64,000 bases of DNA, from the NCBI GenBank assembly GCA_016748015.1, contig JAAOMT010000328.1:636955-700954 (forward strand), in the 5' to 3' direction. The DNA comes from Geosiphon pyriformis uo1. Taxonomy: Eukaryota; Fungi; Glomeromycota. Within the stretch, counting starts at the first letter, position 1, and every line of letters begins with the position of its first letter. This document shows positions 50,901 to 64,000 of this stretch, piece after piece. The notes beneath the pieces are model-generated. The model made no database searches. It was not told where the DNA came from and saw only the letters and a list, made by a program, of their open reading frames with translations. The position numbers and the translations under genes are program-made.

Positions 50901-52656
50901 TCCTTTGGATTCTTTGCAGTTTTCCATCAGGTTGCATGTCAGTCCGGTGAACAATTTTTTGGCTGGGTTGATAAAGATCCTTTTGGACAATAGGCTTTCT
51001 CTGGTGAACAATCTCCTCACTGCATTTTATAGTCCTGGTCACTTTCTTATGTCTGCTATTCTTGAGAAGTTTCTGTATTTTAATTTGGTCATCTCTCTTA
51101 GACATTTTGGTGTTGCTTTTAGTGATCAACTTTTTGATAAAAAGGGTGGTTTGATGGATTGGAAGACATTTTGCCATTGAAAGAGATTGGATCCACATGG
51201 CTCTGTGCCTCATTGGTTCGTAGTTTCTTCTGAGTTTTTGAAAAGTAAGGGTTTTTCATCTTCTGGTTCTGCTGACCCTGTTGTGCTACTTGGATTAGAC
51301 ATTTTGGGGTCTGGAGAGTTCTCTGCTGTAAGGGATGGATCGCATGACATGTGGTTGGGTTTTTTTGAAGTTTTTATGGATGGGTCTTTAAAGAATTTTG
51401 GTTCTGCTGGGATTGTTAGTGGTACTGCTGCTTACTTTCTGGCCTTGGATTTAAGTGTTGGCATTGCTGTCCAGGGTTTCTTGTCATCTACTATGGCTGA
51501 ATTACAGGCTGTTGTTTTGTCTTTGGAGTGTGTTCCTTCTTCGAATACTGTGGTGGTGCATCTTAACAGCCAGACTGCTATTGATGCTTGTATGTCTGAG
51601 ATGTCTTTGACTGCCCCCAATTTTTGTAATCAATACTGAATAGAAAGGCATTATATTTTCAATTTGGTTAAGGATAAAGATTTTAGTGTGAGTTGGGTTA
51701 AGATAAAGAGCCATTCTGGGGTTTCTGGGAATGTGGAGGCTGACTTGGCTGCTGGGGCTATCTCTGGGTCTCCTTTTTCCCTGTTGGCTGGGGTGTGTAA
51801 ACACTTTCTGGTTGCTGAGGATACTCCTGTCTCTGGTAATGCCTGTTATTTTGTCAGGAATATTTTTTATTCTGTTTGTTGTGCTCATTGGGAAGCTGGT
51901 CTTGGTTTTGATGTAGTTCTGGATGCAATGATTGTTTGCATAAACTGGGTTGTTATTGCAATGGTGTGGCATTCTAATTCTCATATGCTTACCAGTTTTA
52001 CTAGTCATAAGTTCTCAGTGCTTTGAATTTATCTTATAAAAGCTGTCCACAAGAGATTGCCAGTGGCAGTCAGAAAGAAGTTGTATGACAGGTGTTACCC
52101 TGGTGTATTGTGTTTGTTGTGTGGTGGTGTGGAGTTCTCTAACCATTCTTTTACTTGCACTTATGAGTCTGGCATTCGTGATGAGATCTTGGCTGAGACT
52201 TCTGCCCATTGGTCTGTTTTGGCTGATGCTTCTAGTTTTTCTGCTTCCACCATGCTATGGGTTTTATTTCAATGTTCTGTCGATGTTGGACTGTATACTT
52301 TGATTTGCAAAGGGTTTGTGTTGAATGAGTGGTATAAGGAGGCATGTAGTGTTTTCAATGATAAGAAAGTGGCTGTTGCTCGGATTACTAACTTTGTGAG
52401 ATTTGTTGTGGAATTACATCATGCTAAAATGTGGTTGGTAAGATCTAATCACCGAGTGAAAATGGAGAAGACTGGTTTGGTTCATAATAGCAGTGTTATT
52501 TCTGGGCTTGCTTATGGGGTGTCTTTGGTTTTGTCTAATGGTGTTGTTAGGTTGCTTGGTCTGGCTGAGTCTTTTGCTGTTTGCTTTGGTTGTTAGAGAC
52601 CGTATGGTTTTTTTTCTGGTCTGGATGGTGATATGATGGTTAATATAGGTGTGTAG
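47966..52656 (+). pseudogene. LINE ORF2: AP endonuclease, RT, RNase H, C-terminal CCHC
   Basis: CNV..IN, ETKL, LGG(D/N)FN and T(D/N)H (APE); FVDDT (RT); FMDGS, AELQA and KSHSGVSGNVEAD (RNase H); CLLCGGVEFSNH. Confidence 0.92.
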
Positions 52657-53503
52657 TGTTGCTTTGTCCGGCCTGAGTAGCTAGCCACATGTAGAAAGTA
52701 CATGAGTCACGTTTAGTTTGAGCCTCTTAGTTTGGCTCTTTGTACTAGATAGTGATTGGACTTCACTCATTAAATGCATAATAAAATAAAATAAAAACAT
52801 TTTTTTAATTAATTTGCAATTTTCTTGAACATTTTGTCTTTTTTTATAATATTCTTCTATTATAACATATACTATTTAGTAAAAAGCCTCTAAATAATGC
52901 CATAAAAGTTTAGTAGTGCTTATAGTTCTACAAAAAAATGATTTATGTACACATTTTAAGACTGTATATTTAGCTGTTTTTTTTTGTTCATTTAAACTTA
53001 TTAAAATAGTTTTATACTTCATTCTAAAACTACATTTTATAAATATATTAATATTTGAATTATTTGGATTATCAAATTTCATTATTTTGAATTTTAAATC
53101 TTTAATAATACTAGATGATACTAATAATAAATGTATTTTGGTAAGTTGAAAAGTAAGTTATTATACATATATTGTTTTATATATCTTTTTAACTGATTAT
53201 AGTAATTAAACAAAATAATAATTGATAAACAAGTAGTACAAGTTATATTTTTTTTAATTTCATTAAACTTGAACAAATTTATAAACTTTGAACCAGACTT
53301 AAATTAAATTCAAACTTGTCAAAAAAATTTAATGTCAAACTTAAACTGAACTTACTTTAAAAAATTAGTTCAGTTTAAGTTTAGTTTATAATTTAAACCA
53401 AACTTGAACAACACCCAAAGTTCAGTTTGGTTCAGTTTAATTGAAATCTTATACATGTTTTTCTATAACCAAAAATGTTGTTCTATATTTTTTTGTTAAG
53501 TAA

Positions 53504-56500
53504 TATTACTCATAGAAATTTAAGAAGTCTTAATAAAGATATAAAGTAGCCAATTAAAGATAAGTGTAGTAAGAAAAAAATTTCAGGATTTCTCTCAAAA
53601 AATTGCAAAATTCTAGAAATTTCAGGATTCTTCTTAAGAAATTGTAGGATTTCAAGAATTTTAAAATTCTTTTTAAAAAATTACAAGATTTCAAGAATTC
53701 CTGGCTAGAAAAATTAAAGAAATCTAAAGAATTTTATATAACAGTAATTATGTATATATATAGTAAGAGTATTAAAAACAAAAAAATAGGATCTCAATTA
53801 GAATTAATTTAATTATCCAATACTGTTTCTTTCAAAAAATAGTTTTTTACAACTTGAAATAGAATCAACCACATATTAATAAAATATCAATTATTACTTG
53901 AATTTATGTTATTGTCATTTAATTAAGGAATATTAGTTACTTTTACTCTATCAATACTCTATGTTAATAGAATCTAATACTTAACCATATTAGACCAATA
54001 GCTCTTGATCATAACTATTAACAGAATACTAATTTTTTATTTTTTTTCTTATTTTTTTTATTTTCTTTTATTTTTTTTATTTTTTTGTTTTGTTTTGTTG
54101 TTTACTAATTAATTAAAAAATTAATATGCAGAATTATTAATGTCAAGAAAAACTGATAAAAAACCCAAAAATAAGAGTAAAAACTCAGAATTTAAGAATA
54201 ACTTACCAGAAAAAACCAGCCATCAAGCTGAGAAAAAATTCACGAAATACACTTTTGGAAAGGTATTAAAACAATTATTGAATCTTTGTTTATTATACAA
54301 AAAACTCAACCAAAATCTTCAGATCATGAAAATTTTTAGATATTACTACTAAGCATTAGCTATTAAGTACCAAGTTACAGGTTTGTTATTTGTTTCCACA
54401 TTCCAAATAATTATCTGTAATATTTGGTGCTTCCTGTAAGGTATAATCTAGCAAAAAACCAATATTAACAACAATTATTTAGAACAGTGGCAGAATCAAA
54501 AAAAATAGGAACAAATTACTTGAAATTTACAAAAGCTTTATTCCAATACTATTAAACTTACTTAGAATTAACAAGTAATCATTGGCCAGCAAAATCAACT
54601 TTCAACTTTTACATCAATGAAAAAATTAAATCTTATTTGGAAAACCAAGAAAATCTGAAAGCAGTACTTAACAATTTCTATAGTAAATTACTCCAAAGTA
54701 CTATGCTTTTATAAAATCATTTGTTTATTCCAATAATTACAGAAATCAACAAAAAAATTGGGAAACACACTAGTTAGCAATTTTCTATTATCTTTACAAA
54801 TAACAAAAAAAAAATTACAAACACCAACAAAAACACCAAAAAGAATACAACTATCTACTTAAAAGAAACCAAGAGTTATTTCACTCATTTACTTATCATA
54901 CTATTATACATCAGAAAGTATTATACATATATCATTAGGATCTGTATCACAATTAACTATAAGAACACTATTACTTCAAGTTCTATTTCAAAACAATTAA
55001 AAAAAAGCCAGATTATTAGGAATCTACAATGATTTTTTTGAAAGATTTAAATTATAACCAACAACTCTATCAAAACTTTTATTATTGCCATTCCAACCAA
55101 ATTTTAGAGTCACAAATTTTTGAAAAATAACTGACTTTAAAGAAAAAAAGACAACAATCAGAAAATTAATAATTAAAATCCAATCTTAGAAAACCCAGAA
55201 ATTCAAACTTTGATTGTTTAGGCTCAGCAAAACCCAAACAATTTAAATTTCACTTCTATTATTTCACAAACTTATTTCTGGTAAATCCGATCTATTAACT
55301 ACCAATTACACTAATTGGTTTATTACAACCACTATCTTTACAACAATAATCTCAACAACAATTACAACAATCACAAGTAACACCAATGGCATATATACCA
55401 ATTACCAAATTAAAAAAATTTATTGGCAAAGAAGATAATATACAAGCATGACTAAATAATGTGGCCAAAGCCATTATGATTAATGGATAAAACAATATTA
55501 GAGCCTTATAAGCCATCCTGTACTTTTTACAGGATATTGCTAATTTGTGATATTAGAGTTTGATCAACAAACTTATAACTTTTAATGTATTTAAAACTGA
55601 ATTTTTAAGATACTTTAGTAATAATAACAGCATTAATTGCTTGGCAACTGTTTTCATTACTATTAAGCAAGAGAACATTGAAGCTATCATTACTTACTTG
55701 GGACACTTCTATAAAAATCTGCACCAAATACAAGCAATTGATGTGAATTATTTTATAGCACCACAAATTCTAAACCAGTTTATTCATGGTCTGTACAGTA
55801 GTCTCTTACAATGTATATGTTCATTACATCTACAAACACTTCAAGATATAGTCATACATGTCTAAAATTTTGAATCAGCAGAGCTGAAAGCCAATTATGC
55901 TCAAACTATTAATCTAATAATAAATGGATTATTTGACTTAGATTCTAAGTTAAAACAATTCAATGATTTTATCAATCAGAAATTAGAGGAATACTTAGCT
56001 AACAATCAAGCAATTTATCAATCTTTACAATATTGTAACAATTCAGAAAACTTTAATTAATTCCAAAATCAGTCACATTCCTTATTTTTAACTAATTAAC
56101 TATAATAGTAAAAGATGCATATCTGCCATAATTGTGGTAAACAAGGCCATTTAAGAGCTGATTGTCATGTTAGAATCAATAATTAATGATCATGAAATCA
56201 ATATTAAAATTCTAATTGCTGGTTTCAAATCCCAAATTACACTCAAAATCAAAAACTATATTAATCTTATTACATTTTAATGATACAACAACCAATATAT
56301 TCACCTTTAGTGTATCAAGCTTCAGCACCAATCATCTATTAGACACAGTCACAAACTATTTATCAGCTGCAACCACAAATTATCTATTAAATCTCACCAA
56401 TTCAAACACCAAATTAGATGTTATCTGGCAACCAAAAGCCAAAAATTACTCAACATAATTGGAAATTGATAATAGTAATATATCAACTAATCCTCAGTTC

Positions 56501-57271
56501 CTTAAATCAACTATTAAAATTATGCCAGTAAAGTTTGAAAAGTAAGTACATCCAAAACCCAAATTTTTAGAACTATTTAAATTACCTGGTTACCTTAGAA
56601 GATGCTTAATCTAACAACCAGGAACTCAATCAAAACAACCACTCACCAATATTTCATTAGCAACTATTACCAAAGATGAATTATTTACCACAATATTTTC
56701 TTTCAAATTCAAAGAACCAAATAAAACACTATTATTTAGTAGAACTGCTTTTAACACTAAACCAATTACTGCAATATATACTAATACTAAAGTTAATAGC
56801 CACTTTATCAAACTAATTCTTGATAGTAGTTTAGCAGACAGCATCATTACACACCAACTTATAGACCAATTAGGTCATCAAGTTTATCATGCTACCAACA
56901 CCAGAATTATTATTGCTAATAGAGTAACAAAAATGCCTATTGGTAAAATTGACAACTTTTCATTTAAAGTTAATAGTTTTACAGTATTAATCAAGATATT
57001 AGTAATAGAAGCCACACAATATTAAGTGCTTATTAATAATAAATGGCTGTTCAAAACCAACATTGTGCTTAACTGGAATATTCAGAAGTTACAGCTCAGT
57101 TCAGATGATTTGCAAACTTGAGTATTTGCTACTTACAGCCATTTTAAACCATTTATTATGCACTCACTAATAAAATTCAAGGAAGAAAAAAAAAACCTAT
57201 TTGAAAAGCTTATCAAGTTTTATGGGCCAACAAAAACCACAATAAACTATTACTTATTCTAATCTGAAAAG

Positions 57272-57303
<32 letters not shown>

Positions 57304-60300
57304 CAAGCCACTATCTCAACATATATTTTATATAACACTATACTACTAAGACAATCAACTTATTGCCAATCCAAATTAATCTGCATTAATTGTGGCAAGA
57401 AATTGTCAACAATAAATAAATGTTGTGGTAATAATGAGAAATAGCCAATAACAACCAAATATTATTGTTATTTATGTATTTTTAAACACTTTAGATAATC
57501 CAAATAATAAGAAAAATAGGACAATGAGCTTTGTCTCACATGTAAAACAATTTTTCTTGATGAAAAAATATAGAACAACATTCTTGGACAAAGAGAAACA
57601 TGTAATGAATCATGTTAATATATGATTTTAATCAACAATTGAATATAAAAAAGATTCCAATCAATGCCATTTGAAAACAAATACTGAGATAATTAGAAAG
57701 TTATCCACATAAAAAGCATAAAATCTGGAGAATAGTAAGTGTTAAAATAGAAAATACTTTAATTAGTAAAATACTGGAAATTAAAAACAATTTATTAATA
57801 CTTTCTGAAACCAAATTTGTTCTAACTTTTGACTTTGATGATGATATTATGGACAATCTTAAGCAATTCTATAAGCATTATCAAGACTTAGCACCAACTT
57901 GTAAAAAGCAAAAGCAAAGATTAGAACAATTAAATACAAGGCTGTATAGATATTGCTTAATTCCTAATAATTTTAAATATTGTAGTAATTGTAATTTTAT
58001 TTACAATTTACCACTTTATATTATTTATTTGATTTCTAAAAAAAAAAACCAATCAGTAAGTGCACATCAGAATTAAAATTAAAAATTAATTGTAATTCAA
58101 ACTTCAATAATAACAACAATAATGGTTCTAACTCTATTTACTATAACAATAACAACAATAATTCAAACTTTGATTACAATTCTGAACAATATATTGTGTT
58201 TTTAAATCTTTTTATGGAACAAAAACTAAAATGGTTCAGCAATAATGATAAAAATATTATACCAGAATGTATGTATAATATTAATACAGAGTTTGATCTT
58301 ATGTATTCAAAAAAAACTGTTATTAGATTAGAACCATATTCATGCACTAATATAATTTAAAAATAGCACTGAAAATTCTAGCAACAACAATAGTTTAATT
58401 AGTTCTTAGATCTAGTCTAATAAAAAAAATTAATATCAGAAAAGAAATAATTAATGCAGAATATATAAGAAATATTATTGTAATACTATAAAATAACTAA
58501 AAAAAAAGATATACTATTGAACTAAATAAAAAAATAGCACAGACAATATTCCTGTTTTTGGTTAAAATAACTTGGTTAGTCTCAGTAGAAAAAAGGGAAA
58601 AATTAGGAATTATGGTAAAAAAAATAAGTGGATTTAAATTCACAAATAGAATAAATATACCAGTTAATATAATGAAAAAAAAATCATTAATAAAAAAAAA
58701 ATTATTTTTACCAATCAATCAGTTTTTATTATACCATATAATTAGTATATATTAGTAATAGAAAAAAAAGCAAGGGACCAGCTTTAGATTTTTAAAGTAG
58801 AACCAATTATTTGTAAATCAGAAAAAATTGGAATCACCAATCTTTACATATTGGTCAAGAACTATAAACACATCAAAATTCTTATCTACAACACAATTAG
58901 AAACACTATTAAAATACCAAACAGAACTACTATCAAATATTTAAGCAGTAAAGTTAAGAACCAACTATCAAACACCATTTCAGATTTTTTACAACTGTGT
59001 AGATATGTAAATATTATATTACAAACAATATATGAATAAAAAAAATGTTATTTGTTCTAACCAGAACAATTGGAACAAATAAACTTGAAAAATTTAGTCC
59101 CATTTTAATAAATGCAATTCAAGATACTACTCAACAATTTTACTAACATATTTGTCAGTAAAAATAAATTTGACAGAACATATATCATCCAGTATCAAAT
59201 TAAAACTGAAGATACAATACCAATAAAACAATAAACATACAGAGTACCATTAACAAACCATGAAATCATCTGACAAGAAATCAATAAAATGTTAAACAAT
59301 AGATTATTTCAACCATTCATAAATCCATAGTTATTACCAGTGGTATTAGTCCAGAAGAAGAATAAAAAAATTCACTTTTGTGTAGATTATAGAAAGCTTA
59401 ACAATATTACTTGTGGAGACAGCTATTCAATTTCATGAATTCAAGAATTATTTAATGCATTTGAAGGAAAAAAATGGTTTTCCACATTAGACTTAGATAG
59501 TAATTATTAGTAAGTAGCTATGAAACCAAAAGATAAAAAAAAGACTATATTTACAATCAAAAAGAGGATTTAATGTTATGCTTTTTGGCTTAATTAATGT
59601 ACCAGCTATTTTCCAATGACTAATGGAAATTGTTTATACTTAATTACTATGAAAGTTAGTAATAATCTACTTAGATAACACCAATGTGTTTTCCAAAATA
59701 TTTAATGACCATCTTCACTATCTACAACAAATGTTCAAGAGATTAAAGAGAGCCAAATTAAAATTAAATACAGCCAAATGCTTTTTTGGCAAAACAAAAC
59801 TGAAATTTCTGGAACATATTATGAATAAAAATAATATTAAAACAGATTCAGATAAAATTGAAATAGTCAAGAACTTTTCAGTACTAACCAATTTGATAGA
59901 ACTATAAGCATTCTTGGAATTTGCTAAATATTACTGTTACTTTATCCAAAACTTTTTCAAACTGGTTCAACCACTTTACCAGTTCCAAACAAAGAATGTA
60001 AAATATGAATAAACTGAAACCCAAAAAAAAGCTTTTAACATTTTGAAAAAAAAGCTTATTCAAGTACTAGTACTAATTTATTTAGATTACAACAAGCCAT
60101 TTATTATTACCACTAATGCATCAGATCAAGCATTGAGAGCCATATTATCACAAAAAAAATCAGATAGAAGAGAACATCCAGTGGCATATGTCAGCAAAAG
60201 TTTAAGTTCAGCCAAAAAAAACTATGAAATTCTAACATTAAAATACTTGGCTATCTATTGGACTGTTATCAAATGGAAAAAATATTTAAGTTAAAAGTTT

Positions 60301-63300
60301 GATGTGTACACTGATCACAAAAAATTGACATCAATCTAGAAGCAAAAATTTGAAGACAACTACTATACAAGATGAAAAATAGAACTATTATCATTCAATT
60401 ATATAGTATATTATAAAAAAAACAAAAACAGATATGCTAACAGTTTGTTGCAAATAAAACAAATCTAAGAACATTTCAACCCAAAAATATAACAAAAGAT
60501 GAACACATAAAAATATCAACAACTCCAATATTTTATTAATATTTAACAGTTTAAGAAGAAATTATCTCAAAAAGAACAAAACAACATGAAACAATAAGCA
60601 AAATATTTTATTACTTACCAAAATATATTATACCAGAAAAACAGAAAATACTCAGATCAGCCACTTAGAATAATCACAGAATTAGAAAAAGAAACAATAT
60701 TATTCAATATGCACTTAGATTTAACAACAAGACATTTTCATAAAAAAGCAACTATGGAAAAAACTAGAAAAAAATATTATTGGCCATTTATGTATTCAAA
60801 CATTATTTAATACATTCAAAATTGTAATGCTTATTAGAAAAGAGAAGGAATAAGACCTAATAAACCACTAAGACCAATTAAAGTAAGATAACTATTTAAT
60901 TGAATTGGAATTAACTTAATCAAATTATTAACAATAATTAGTAAAGACAATTGTTATATAGTAATAACTATGGACTATTTTACAAATAGCCAAAAGCAAA
61001 AGCAATCCAAAGAGCAAATACAGAATTTATAGTCAAATTCATTCACTAAAAGTTGATTTGTTAACACAGATGTCCAAAAAAACTACTATTAGATCAAAAA
61101 ACTTACTTTGTAAACAGAATATTAACAAAATTAAGTCAAAGATTTGAAATCAAAAGATCATTATCATTATTATATCATCTACAAACCAATGGCTTAGTAA
61201 AAAAATTCAATAAAACATTATGTAAAGCAATTACCAAGATCAGCCAAGAAAACCAGGACAAATAAAATTTGTTCATACTATCAGTATTATTTGCTTATTA
61301 AACAAACTACACAAGCAATACCATTTAAACTTGTTTATAGTAGAACAGCAATATTATCAGTTGAAATAAATATTTACACACATCTAATAGAACCAATAAC
61401 AGAAGCCAACTTCCAAAAAACATTGCTAAGAAAAACATATAACTTAATAGAAACATTAAAAAACAAAAAGCAAAAAGCAGCTAATAATATCTAAAAGTTA
61501 CAAAAAAAACAAAAAAAATAACATAATAATCAATTACTAGATAAACCAATTGAATTTAGAATTGAAAACAAAGTACTCTTATATTATACCAAAACAGAAA
61601 AACAATAGAGTAGAAAATTTGATCCCAAATAGAATAAACTATTTTACATTGAAAAAATTCTAGGAAATAGAGCTTATAAACTATGATAGAATAACAAAAT
61701 CTTAGCTAAAGCAATACATAAAGATTAATTGAAATCATATTACAATATAGCATTATTATTTACTAGTAATATTTCACAACTAAGAGTACAATGAATACTA
61801 GTTCAACCAGATAAGATTTCATGAAATCTAAAACCAATTATAATTATCAACACAAACACATCAAATTAAGATAGCAAAAAAATATATAAAAAACCAACAT
61901 GTAACAAAAACAAAACAAAAAAATAGAAATTATTAATAACATCTACTTATTTACATAACAACTGTTTTAACTGATCCAAAATCAATAACAAAACATAGAA
62001 ATTACAATTAACAAACCATTCAGTATAAAGATAAAGAGAAAAAACCAAAACATCCATACAAAATACACCAAAAATCAAAAAACATAATAAATAATATACT
62101 AATAAAAGTAAAATTATCAGTAGAAACATCCAGGACAACAACATTATATAAAGAATTAACAAAAAAAAACTGGAAATAGTAAACACAACAATTTCTATTT
62201 GCTATTATTACTTAAAACAAAATTTTAATATTCAAAACTTGTATACAAACAAAACAAAATAATTGTTTAATATAATAATATTGAATTAACTCAAACAATT
62301 TGTGAAAAAAAATAACTTATTTACATAGGCACAAGTTATATACCAGTTACAAACAAGATTTTAAGACTGACCAGAAATATTACTGTATTCAACAATGAAC
62401 ACAGTAACTATTAATTAATTGGGAAAGATCACCAATGCCCAATTCAAAAAATTACAAATCAAAATTTCTTAAATAATTTTCAAAAAAAAAGTTAGGAAGT
62501 TAATTCAAGAAAAAAAGTTAAAAAAGTTAAGAGATTTTGATAGAGCTTAATATTAAAAGAAGAGAATAATATTACTCATAGAAATTTAAGAAATCTTAAT
62601 AAGAATATAAAATAGCCAATTAAAAATAAGTATAATAAAAAAAAATTTCAGAATTTTTCTCAAGAACTTGCAGAATTTTAGAAATTTCAAAATTTCTCTC
62701 AAGAAATTACAAGATTTTAGGAATTCCAGAATTTCTGATTAGAAGAATTAAAGAAATTCAAGAAATCTTGTATAACAGTAATTATGTATATATAGCAAGA
62801 GTATTAAAAACAAAAAAGTAAGATTTCAGTTAAAATTAATTTAATTATTCAATACTTCTTTCTTCAAAAGATAGTTTTCTACAACTTAAAATAAAATCAA
62901 CTACATATTAATAAAATATCAATTATTATCTGAATTTATATTATTGTCATTTGATTAAAGAATATTAGTTGCTTTTATTTTATCAATATAAAGTGTTAAT
63001 AGAATTCAACACTTAACCACACTAGACCAATAGCATTTGATTACAATTATTAACAAGATACTAATTTTTTATTTTTTTTCTTATTTCTTTTATTTTCTTT
63101 TATTTTCTTTATTTTTTTGTTTTACTTTGTTATTTACTAATTGATTAAACGATTAATGTACAGAGTTATTAACATTAAAAAAAACTGGTAAAAAACCTAG
63201 AAATAAGAATAAAAACTCAGAATTTGAGAATAGCTTACCAAAAAAAACCAGCTATCAAGCTGAAAAAAAATTCATAAAATATACTTCCAGAAAAATACTG

Positions 63301-63454
63301 AAACAATCATTAAATTTTTGTTTATTATATAAAAGATTTAACCAAAACCTTTAGATTACAAAAATCTTCAAATATTACTACCAAGCATCAACTATTGATT
63401 ACTAAGTTATGAATTTGTTATTTGTTTTTACACTTTAAATAATTATTTGTAACA
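53504..63454 (+). mobile_element. Ty3/Gypsy element A2 (LTRs 53504-54422 and 62570-63454), decayed and probably chimeric
   Basis: PBS tttggtgcttcctgtaagg at 54423; GTG GCA GAA at 54487; gag, PR, dUTPase, RT and RH remnants; integrase ATG at 60499; ORF3 ~61923-62556. Flanks GTAA/GCAT do not form a TSD. Confidence 0.92.
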
Positions 63455-63634
63455 GCATCCTAATTCTTATATGACAACTTAATACACAAACAAATAAACT
63501 GCTAATTTGTATATATACTTAATAAAAGCACTATATAGAAAATTGTTTATAGTAGTCAGAAAGTGCTTATATAATTATAATTATTCAAGTATTTTGTATA
63601 TACACTATAGTAAAATAGAATTCTTAAACCATAG
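63455..63634 (+). mobile_element. LINE ORF2 3' fragment, paralogous to 11295-11474
   Basis: Colinear, with mostly transition differences. Confidence 0.85.
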
Positions 63635-64000
63635 TATTACAAGTAATTATTTGGGGTCTCAAGTCAAATAACAAATCTGTAACTTGGTGCTCAGTTAATT
63701 TCTTGATAATAGTTTCTGATGGTTTTAGATAATCTAAAGGTTTTGAGTTAAAGTCTTTTGTATAATAGACAGAGATTCAATAGTTGTTTTAGTAGCCTCT
63801 CAGAATCATAATTCCGTCAATTTTTTTCTTAGCTTGGTGGCCAGCAATTCTCTGGTAAGTAATCCATAACTCTGTATGTGCTCTACCCACTTACAGGAGT
63901 CTTTTACTAGGCAATTCTTGATGTCAATAATTCAGTACTTAATTCTTTAATCAATTTTAGTAAACAACAAAAGAAATAACAAAATAGAAGAATAAAAAAA
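63635..64000 (-). mobile_element. 3' part (U5) of an LTR of a fourth related Gypsy family (D), minus strand, running off the window
   Basis: The reverse complement contains the shared blocks ggccaccaagct, aatctctgtc.attatacaaa and gagcaccaagttac...ccccaaataattacttgtaata. Confidence 0.88.

Larger units (their letters stand above)
45986..52794 (+). mobile_element. Full-length non-LTR retrotransposon (LINE) with ORF1, ORF2 (APE-RT-RNase H-zf) and (TAAAA)n tail
   Basis: Candidate 9-bp TSD AAACATTTT at 45977-45985 and 52795-52803; tail ataaaataaaataaaa. Confidence 0.92.
43319..53451 (-). mobile_element. Decayed hAT DNA transposon containing a LINE insertion
   Basis: Imperfect TIRs TAGAGTTTCAAT / ATTGAAATCTTA and subterminal AAACTGAAC-type repeats at both ends. 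Minus strand has a BED-finger-like segment (~52880-53000), AAKKKLVEYY..VLDSKKK (~44030-44120) and a hATC dimerisation remnant (~43580-43780). Confidence 0.78.

Noticed and set aside
47591-52209. Several minus-strand ORFs over the LINE (e.g. 47591-48052, 50761-51213, 51502-52008)
   Set aside because: Antisense to recognisable LINE coding frames, with no independent motifs.

Overview
This is very AT-rich eukaryotic DNA, most likely from a Glomeromycotina fungus. That is an inference: the Sel1-repeat TKL kinase and the TE families resemble what I recall from Geosiphon and AM fungi. About 85% of the window is nested, decayed transposons. (1) There are three near-complete + strand Ty3/Gypsy LTR retrotransposons: B at 1223-11239, C at 30518-40673 and A2 at 53504-63454. 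Partial relatives are A1 at the window start, E (minus) at ~41-43.3 kb and LTR D (minus) at the end. (2) There are two long LINEs with APE-RT-RNase H plus two LINE 3' fragments. (3) A hAT DNA transposon carries a LINE inside it. Only two intact host genes are present, arranged head-to-head: a Sel1-repeat protein kinase (minus, 13581-18265) and a 9-exon AN1 zinc-finger/ubiquitin-like gene (ZFAND1/Cuz1-like, plus, 19334-21175). The Gypsy family has an unusual architecture conserved across three divergent lineages: an apparent GUG start; a single Gag-PR-Cys-rich-dUTPase-RT-RNaseH ORF that stops before integrase; integrase as a separate AUG-started ORF behind a conserved 30-nt spacer; a non-env ORF3; and a long structured U5 RNA that pairs with the PBS. 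TEs carry almost purely C>T/G>A mutations, while the host genes, including the tandem Sel1 array, are spared. Identical insertion flanks at both ends of the window indicate a segmental duplication and a chimeric element. All alignments and counts were done by eye.
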